A stretch of 40,267 bases of DNA from Octopus bimaculoides (taxonomy: Eukaryota): contig NC_068991.1 of assembly GCF_001194135.2 (NCBI RefSeq), positions 9,936,271 to 9,976,537 of the forward strand, in the 5' to 3' direction. The translations under genes and the position numbers were made by a program. The notes beneath the pieces are model-generated. The model was not told the DNA's origin. It did no database searches and saw only the letters and a program-made list of their open reading frames with translations. Positions 34,368 to 40,267 of this stretch are shown here, in pieces (position 1 is the first letter of the stretch; every line of letters starts with the position of its first letter).

Positions 34368-34817
34368 TATATGTGTGTGTGTGTGTGTGTGTGTAAATAG
34401 ATAGACAGACAGATTACATAACCCTGGGTGCTAGATAAAAAAATTTGTCATACTCTCTTTGCATTCTGAATTCAAATTCCTTTCTTTCTGTTGTATTGAT
34501 TATCTGAGTATTGATTATCTGATGATCGATTTAATTGACCGAACACTTGTAGCCTTGAGCCTATGCATGAAATCTTTGTTTCATCATTATAATAGACAGA
34601 ATCAGTGAAGCATACAAAATAACTTACTGTGGTCAGTTACATCTCTTTACATTCTGAGTTCAAATACCACCAAAGTTAATTATGCTTTTCCTGGCTTGAG
34701 AAAGTTGATAAAGTATGTACCGGTCAATATCGGGGTTGACCAAATCAATAATACATTTCTCCTGTATTCTGCCTATGTTTAAAATAATCATGATGAAACT
34801 TTAATAAACAGTAGTAA

Positions 34818-35140
34818 TATGGCTCAGTGGTTAGGGTGTTTAGTCTGCAATTGTAAGGTTGTGAGTTTGATATCTAGTGGCAATGTGTTGTATCCTTGAG
34901 CAAGACACTTTATTTCACATTGCTCCAGTCCATAGAGCTGGCAAAAATGAGTTGTACCTATAATTCAAAGGGTCAGCCTTATCCCATTCTGTGTTACACT
35001 GAATCTCTCCCTGAGAACTATGTTAAGGGCACGTTTGTTTGTGGTGCGCTCAGCCACTTGCATGTTGATCTCACAAGTAGGCTGTTCTGTCAATCAGATC
35101 AGCTGGAATACTCATCATGATAACCGATGGAGTGCCGGTC
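34818..35140 (+). mobile_element. SINE type C, long form, CpG-decayed copy
   Basis: Colinear with 27160-27445 (reverse strand). Confidence 0.8.
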
Positions 35141-35331
35141 AGTCAATATGATAAGATCCATTCAGTTGATTATAATCTTTTCTTTATCTCCTTTTTACCT
35201 ACAAACCAACAAAGGAACCTCAAAGTAATCACTCGATTTGCTAGAAATAGCAGTCAACTCTTCCTTAAACCACCCTCTACCATTTTACATAAATAAGGAC
35301 ATTCTAGGATCATGAATTCAAGCACAGTAAC

Positions 35332-35495
35332 CAGTAGTGTAGCTAGGTTGTGTGCTGCCTGGAGAAATCTTTGAGTTTGCACTCCACCCCTGGGTGGTAT
35401 AACAGCCTATACATGCTTATACAGCAGACCCAAAAGTGTCGCCCTATAAAAAACATTGGCCAAGGTGGACTGCCCTCTCTTCTCACACACTACTG
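35332..35495. mobile_element. Possible short-TIR MITE (PIF/Harbinger-like termini)
   Basis: CAGTAGTGT (35332-40) ... ACACTACTG (35487-95); no clear TSD. Confidence 0.3.
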
Positions 35496-35914
35496 ATACT
35501 AGCTGATTGGTCTGAACAGCAATGATGTGGGATCCTTATTGGCTCTTGCTGTTGCTATGGGAGATACTGCTGTAACAAACTAGGCACACCGGCAATTGGC
35601 CCATGAAGTATAGACATAGGATGTTATTGACACCATCTGGTCAGAGGTCAGTGGACAGACTTGACCCTCAATGAAGACAATTAATATTGTTTTATTTAGA
35701 CATCTCTATTGATCAATAAATCTATGTAGCTGTGGACAAGCTATGTTGAACACAATGAAATATGCATGTGATGTGAAATGAATCCTCATTTTTGACATCA
35801 AGAGAATAACACACAGTAAAGATAATTGCTACAGATACGCTGCAAAGTTGACTGCTACAGATAAAGAGATAACAGCAGTGATGTGTGTGTATGTCTGTCT
35901 GTATGTGTATACTC

Positions 35915-35962
<48 letters not shown>

Positions 35963-36025
35963 TTGTATGTATGTGTGTAAGTGTATATACACACATACAT
36001 AAGGATTTGCCGTTTGTTTAACTAG

Positions 36026-36121
36026 GATTTGTCAAGTGATACAGACACATCTGATGAGATATCAATAATTATAGAAAACCGACTTAGGCTGTTCCTCACT
36101 TTTCATTCAATGGAGAAACAG
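36026..36121 (+). CDS. Candidate exon E3 (96 nt, phase 0-0; DLSSDTDTSDEISIIIENRLRLFLTFHSMEKQ)
   Basis: TTTGTTTAACTAG| acceptor, CAG|GTAAAT donor and an open frame; a degenerate duplicate follows at ~36317-36485. Confidence 0.2.
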
Positions 36122-36503
36122 GTAAATTTGGCATGTTTGTATGTCTCCTATGTCTACCATATATATATATATATATATATTGTATCATACCTTGATACTG
36201 TGTGGACTGAGACCCTCATTGACAGGTCACTGATATTAAAGAAAGCATTAAACATTTATAGCATACACATTAGTATCTTCAGTTCTCTTAAGTTACTTGA
36301 TTTGGTGTGTATATAAAGGGATTGGCTACTTGTTTATTTCTCTGGGATTGGTCAAGTGATGTAGACATCTCTGATGAGAAATCAATAAAGGTCAAAAGTT
36401 GATTAAGGCTATTCATCATGTTTTTTTTTCTTTCAATTTATTGAGGAATAAAATAAATTTGACATGCTTGAATGTCTACTGTGTAGGTTTACCTAACTAT
36501 ATC

Positions 36504-36535
<32 letters not shown>

Positions 36536-36684
36536 GTGCAGGTACTTGGTAGTGAGTCAGCAAAGGAACTAATGGAATAAATATTTGTGCACAGGCATCC
36601 ATACAAGATGATTCAGTCATTTGACTGCAGCCATGCTGGAGCACTGCCTTTAGTCGAGCAAACCAATCCCAGGACTTATTCAAA

Positions 36685-37050
36685 CCACCTCATACATTAC
36701 CACCACAACCCCCTCCTTATCATTATCACCACCACCACCACCACCACCACCACCACCACCGTCATCGCCGCCATCGTCATCGTCATCATCATATCCATCA
36801 GTAGAATCACCACCACCACCATTATCACTGTCATCTCCATCACAACCTCAGCTCCCCCCCATCATCATCATTATCACCATTGTCACCACTGCCACCACCA
36901 CTACCACTGCTGCTAAAGCCATTGTCATCACTGTTGTCATCATCATGACTATCTTTGCTATCATAACCAACACCAAATCACCACCACCATCATCATCATC
37001 ATCATCACCACCATCATCATCATCATTGTCATCAACAGCAATGGCTCCCT
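36685..37050. repeat. (CAC)n/(CAT)n trinucleotide low-complexity tract
   Basis: Visible directly; it explains the His/Thr/Asp-rich pseudo-ORFs. Confidence 0.95.
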
Positions 37051-37425
37051 CCATCTCCGTCATCACCCGTGTATTGCTCATTAAACTTCTCACAGTAGGA
37101 TCTGAGGTAGCTAACGAAGGCCTATGCCATCAATTAGCGAATATAAACAATTGAAAAGTGGAATAAATTGGTTTGCCGAAAGGAAGAGGAAAAGTTTAAT
37201 ACTTCCAATCTACTTTGCTGGAAACAAAGAGTTGTGAGTAAGTAAGAGTTACAAGTGAGCAGTGTCACTTAAGAAATATTTCAGTGTTACTCAAGTAGCA
37301 GTTATTATAGTATCCCTTTCAAACCTGCCCCACCTCACTGGATCAGCAACACTGATGCATGTCCCTGGCTTTTATAGCATTAATCAGATGAAGAAAGAAA
37401 TTCTTTATATAACATGTTTAAACCC

Positions 37426-37606
37426 TTTGAACCAGCCATTTGAGCCAGTCATTTGAACCAGCCATTTGAGCCAGCCATTTGAGCCATCCATTCGAATCAG
37501 CCATTTGATCCAGTCACTTCAACCAGCCATTTAAGCCACCCATTTAGTCAGCCATTTGAACAAGTCGTTTGAACCAGCCATTTGAACTAGTCATTTGAAC
37601 CAGCCA
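37426..37606. repeat. 13-bp minisatellite (TTTGARCCAGYCA)x14 at the left end of a MITE-like element (~37418-37710)
   Basis: 14 units counted, one of them 12 bp; preceded by TTAAACCC and followed by a non-repetitive body. Confidence 0.9.
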
Positions 37607-37722
37607 TATTCGACCCAAATATTCTACCTGTTTTATGTTCAAACTGGCCAAATCCAGCCTCTCACACCTATCATACCACATCATTCTAAAAATAATAAAT
37701 AACATCATTTGCATATTTTGTG

Positions 37723-37934
37723 AAGGGGTGCTGAAAAGTTCCTGACTTTAAGACTACTGCAAAAGGCCTGGTTGGCGGCCCAACCTTCCAAGCCCTTTTA
37801 CAGGACTTTAAAAAACTGAAGAACTGCTGCAATAAGTGTGTGAACCTGAGCAGAGAATATGTTGAGTAAAATCATAACTTATTTGCCTACATTTTCTTTT
37901 ACCCAAAGGCAGGAACTTTTCAGCACCCCCTTGT
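37723..37934. mobile_element. Tc1/mariner-type MITE
   Basis: TIRs AAGGGGTGCTGAAAAGTTCCTG and CAGGAACTTTTCAGCACCCCCTT; a homologous copy lies at 38670-38888. Confidence 0.85.
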
Positions 37935-38499
37935 ATAGGATAAATTACTCAGAGAAATTATTTAGAAACACTATATAATTATTATCAGGTCACAAATATT
38001 CTGGAAGTCCTTCATATTGCTAGGGCAAACCCTTGAATAGATGATCAGCAAAGTCAATAAACCCTGGTGTGTTTTGAACTCACTCAGAACATAACGAAAC
38101 ATTACTAAAGAAAGTAAGTCATTTCCCCCCAGTGCTGAAATGCTTCTTATAATCTATGGCTCTATTTATAATTATGGCATTAAAATATTATGAGGAATTT
38201 TTCTTAATTAGTGATGGTATTTCGGAAAAACATAAACAATAGGACGAATCTCAGTCACTTATATTTATATCGAGTTGACATTTATAATATTGATTGTCAT
38301 CATGGAAAATAACAACTTTATAATGACACTTCATACGTTGACTGCTATGTAGGAATGAAAATACCAATATCGGACACAACAGATATACAAAAGCTGTAAA
38401 TAGATAATACTTGATTTGAATGATATGAAATTTTGAATCTCGGATAGAGACTAGGCTGTTGAGAATTATAGATGAGAAAAGAAGAAGGGAAAGTGGTGG

Positions 38500-38935
38500 C
38501 ATATGACTTAGTGGTTAGGGTGTTGCACTCATGATTGTAAGATTGTGGTTTCGATTCCTGGACCAGGCAATGTGTTGTGTTGTTGAGCAAAACGACTTCA
38601 TTACACGTTGCTTCAGTCCACTCAGCTGGCAAAAATGAGTAATCCTGCAATGGACCAGCGTTCTATACATATGAGTTGGTGCTGAGAAGTTCCTGGCTTT
38701 AAGGGTATCACAAAGGGCCTGGATGGAGGCTCAACATTCTGAGTTCTTTTATAGGGCTTAGAAAAGCTGAAGTACTGTTGCAATAAGTGTGTGAATCTGA
38801 GAAGGGGAATATGTTGAATAAAATCATAATTAACTGATCTTCCTGTATTTTCTTTTACCCAAAGCCAGGAACTTTTCAGTACCCCATATACACCAGAGAA
38901 ACCAGGAAGCTGGCCCTATGATCCTTACAGCATAA
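38500..38935 (+). mobile_element. SINE type C interrupted by a mariner-type MITE (38670-38888)
   Basis: The SINE runs 38500-38668; the MITE has TIRs ...GTGCTGAGAAGTTCCTGGC / GCCAGGAACTTTTCAGTAC at TA; the SINE tail GAAACCAGGAAGCTGGCCCTATGA resumes at ~38898. Confidence 0.75.
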
Positions 38936-39887
38936 TGTGGACTAAGCAATGGAGGGGAAAGTGATGGTATGTGTGGCCTACTGGTTAGGCCAATTATAAG
39001 ATTGTGGCTTCCATTCTTTGACTGGGCAGTGTGTTTTATTCTGGAACAAAACACTTCATTTCATTTTTCTCCATATATAACTGTTGCATATCAGATGGTT
39101 CCAGACAACTGTGTGGAACCATCTGATTGTGTGCTGCCAAGGGTACAAGCCACCAGCCCACATATGACTTAAAGCTTGACCAGTTTGCAGTTACAATTAA
39201 AAAGATCTCTAGTGTACCTCTGTTGGTACTCATCTCTGACCTGGTGCAGCCGACACCATTCCTTTGCTATCAAATCTGCTCCCTGATGGATTACTAGTGG
39301 CCAGACTTCACGTATGTGTGTCTGTTATTCCTGCTGTTGCGCTTTTCACCACCATTGTCAGGCAAAAATCAAATGCCACCAGTCCTTGCATCTACCCAGT
39401 CACCACATGATCCATAACCAAATTTCTACAAATTCCATCTACAATAAATATTTGTCGAAAACATTTTTTAGGCAATTAAAAATAAGATAGATTGACACTA
39501 CAACCTGAACTTTTAAAATCTTTAAATTCAATGAAACAGTAAGAACAATTTTAAATGCAATATTCAATTCTTTTGACAATGGTTGTTTGTAAACATGAAG
39601 TTCTGACTTCTGCCATTTTAACTCATCATGAAAACGGAAGCTTCTAGAAACACTTTATTCATATCAAATCAAATCAAATAAATACTCAGATTTATTGCAC
39701 AGTTCAGTGATTGTTCTCCCCAATCTCTGCAAAAAGTTCATGCAATTAACCAAAAATTGACTTTATTTGCACATGTTATTAACTAATCAATTTTACATAC
39801 AGCTCTGTATATTGAAAAGTTATGCAATTAACATTAGATTATGCAATTATCTAGTATGTAATTAAGTGGAATTGATTGTACTTTTAG

Positions 39888-39936
39888 AATAACGAATCTT
39901 TTAATCAATGGTCAGAAGACACATGAGTTTGACAGG
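39888..39936 (+). CDS. Candidate exon E4 (49 nt; ITNLLINGQKTHEFDR, or start MVRRHMSLT)
   Basis: TTGTACTTTTAG| acceptor and a consensus donor AGG|GTAAGT; the donor may be supplied by the adjacent repeat. Confidence 0.15.
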
Positions 39937-39954
39937 GTAAGTATTCATCGTAGA

Positions 39955-39991
39955 TGTCTCACGAATGGGAATGCGAAACTTTGAGTAACAG
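39955..39991 (+). ncRNA. Degenerate minimal type-I hammerhead ribozyme motif in a probable Penelope-like terminal repeat (~39928-40085)
   Basis: TGT-CTCACGA-ATG/GGAA/TGC-GAAA-CTT/T/GAG-TA-ACA gives stem I, core (CUGANGA with G>C), stem II, GAAA, a short stem III, a GUA cleavage triplet and the stem I partner, in the correct order. Confidence 0.5.
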
Positions 39992-40112
39992 TTCTGTGAT
40001 AATTTTGCAGCTTTAATAAAAAAGTATATTACTCTACATTTCGTATTTGAGTACTACTTTTTTCCCACCTTGTTTTGCACTTAGGTGCTCACCTCTGTGT
40101 GTATGTGCGTGC

Positions 40113-40174
<62 letters not shown>

Positions 40175-40267
40175 GTATGTATATATATATATATATATGT
40201 ATGTATATATATACATATGTATGTATATATATACATATGTATGTATATATATACATATGTATGTATA

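Noticed and set aside
37426-37606. CRISPR-like array
   Set aside because: The 13-bp units are contiguous with no unique spacers, and the context is eukaryotic; it is a minisatellite.
1769-40216. Most ORFs in the provided track ([16 protein letters not shown], poly-X, poly-H/D)
   Set aside because: They are translations of microsatellites, trinucleotide tracts or N gaps.

Overview
AT-rich, repeat-saturated animal genomic DNA with eight N gaps, most of them flanked by (TA)n/(GA)n tracts. The SINE families and extreme microsatellite density point to a coleoid cephalopod, probably Octopus (my pattern recognition, not a database result). No intact protein-coding gene or tRNA/rRNA gene is present, and almost all listed ORFs are microsatellite or gap artefacts. 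The window holds many tRNA-derived SINE copies (three head types plus a modular tail) and decayed retroelement relics: two RTE RT fragments, two R4/Dong-like RLE 3' ends and a Penelope-like RT fragment. It also holds mariner, hAT and HINE/Helentron-type MITEs, several nested insertions with TSDs, and several long hairpins. The best leads are a pre-miRNA-like hairpin (27569-27663), a degenerate minimal hammerhead ribozyme (39955-39991), and a CpG- and motif-rich promoter-like island (28.9-29.2 kb) upstream of weak + strand exon candidates (32.8-39.9 kb). A CpG-retention boundary recorded in homologous SINE copies is a further lead. All gene and ncRNA calls are hypotheses that need expression data.
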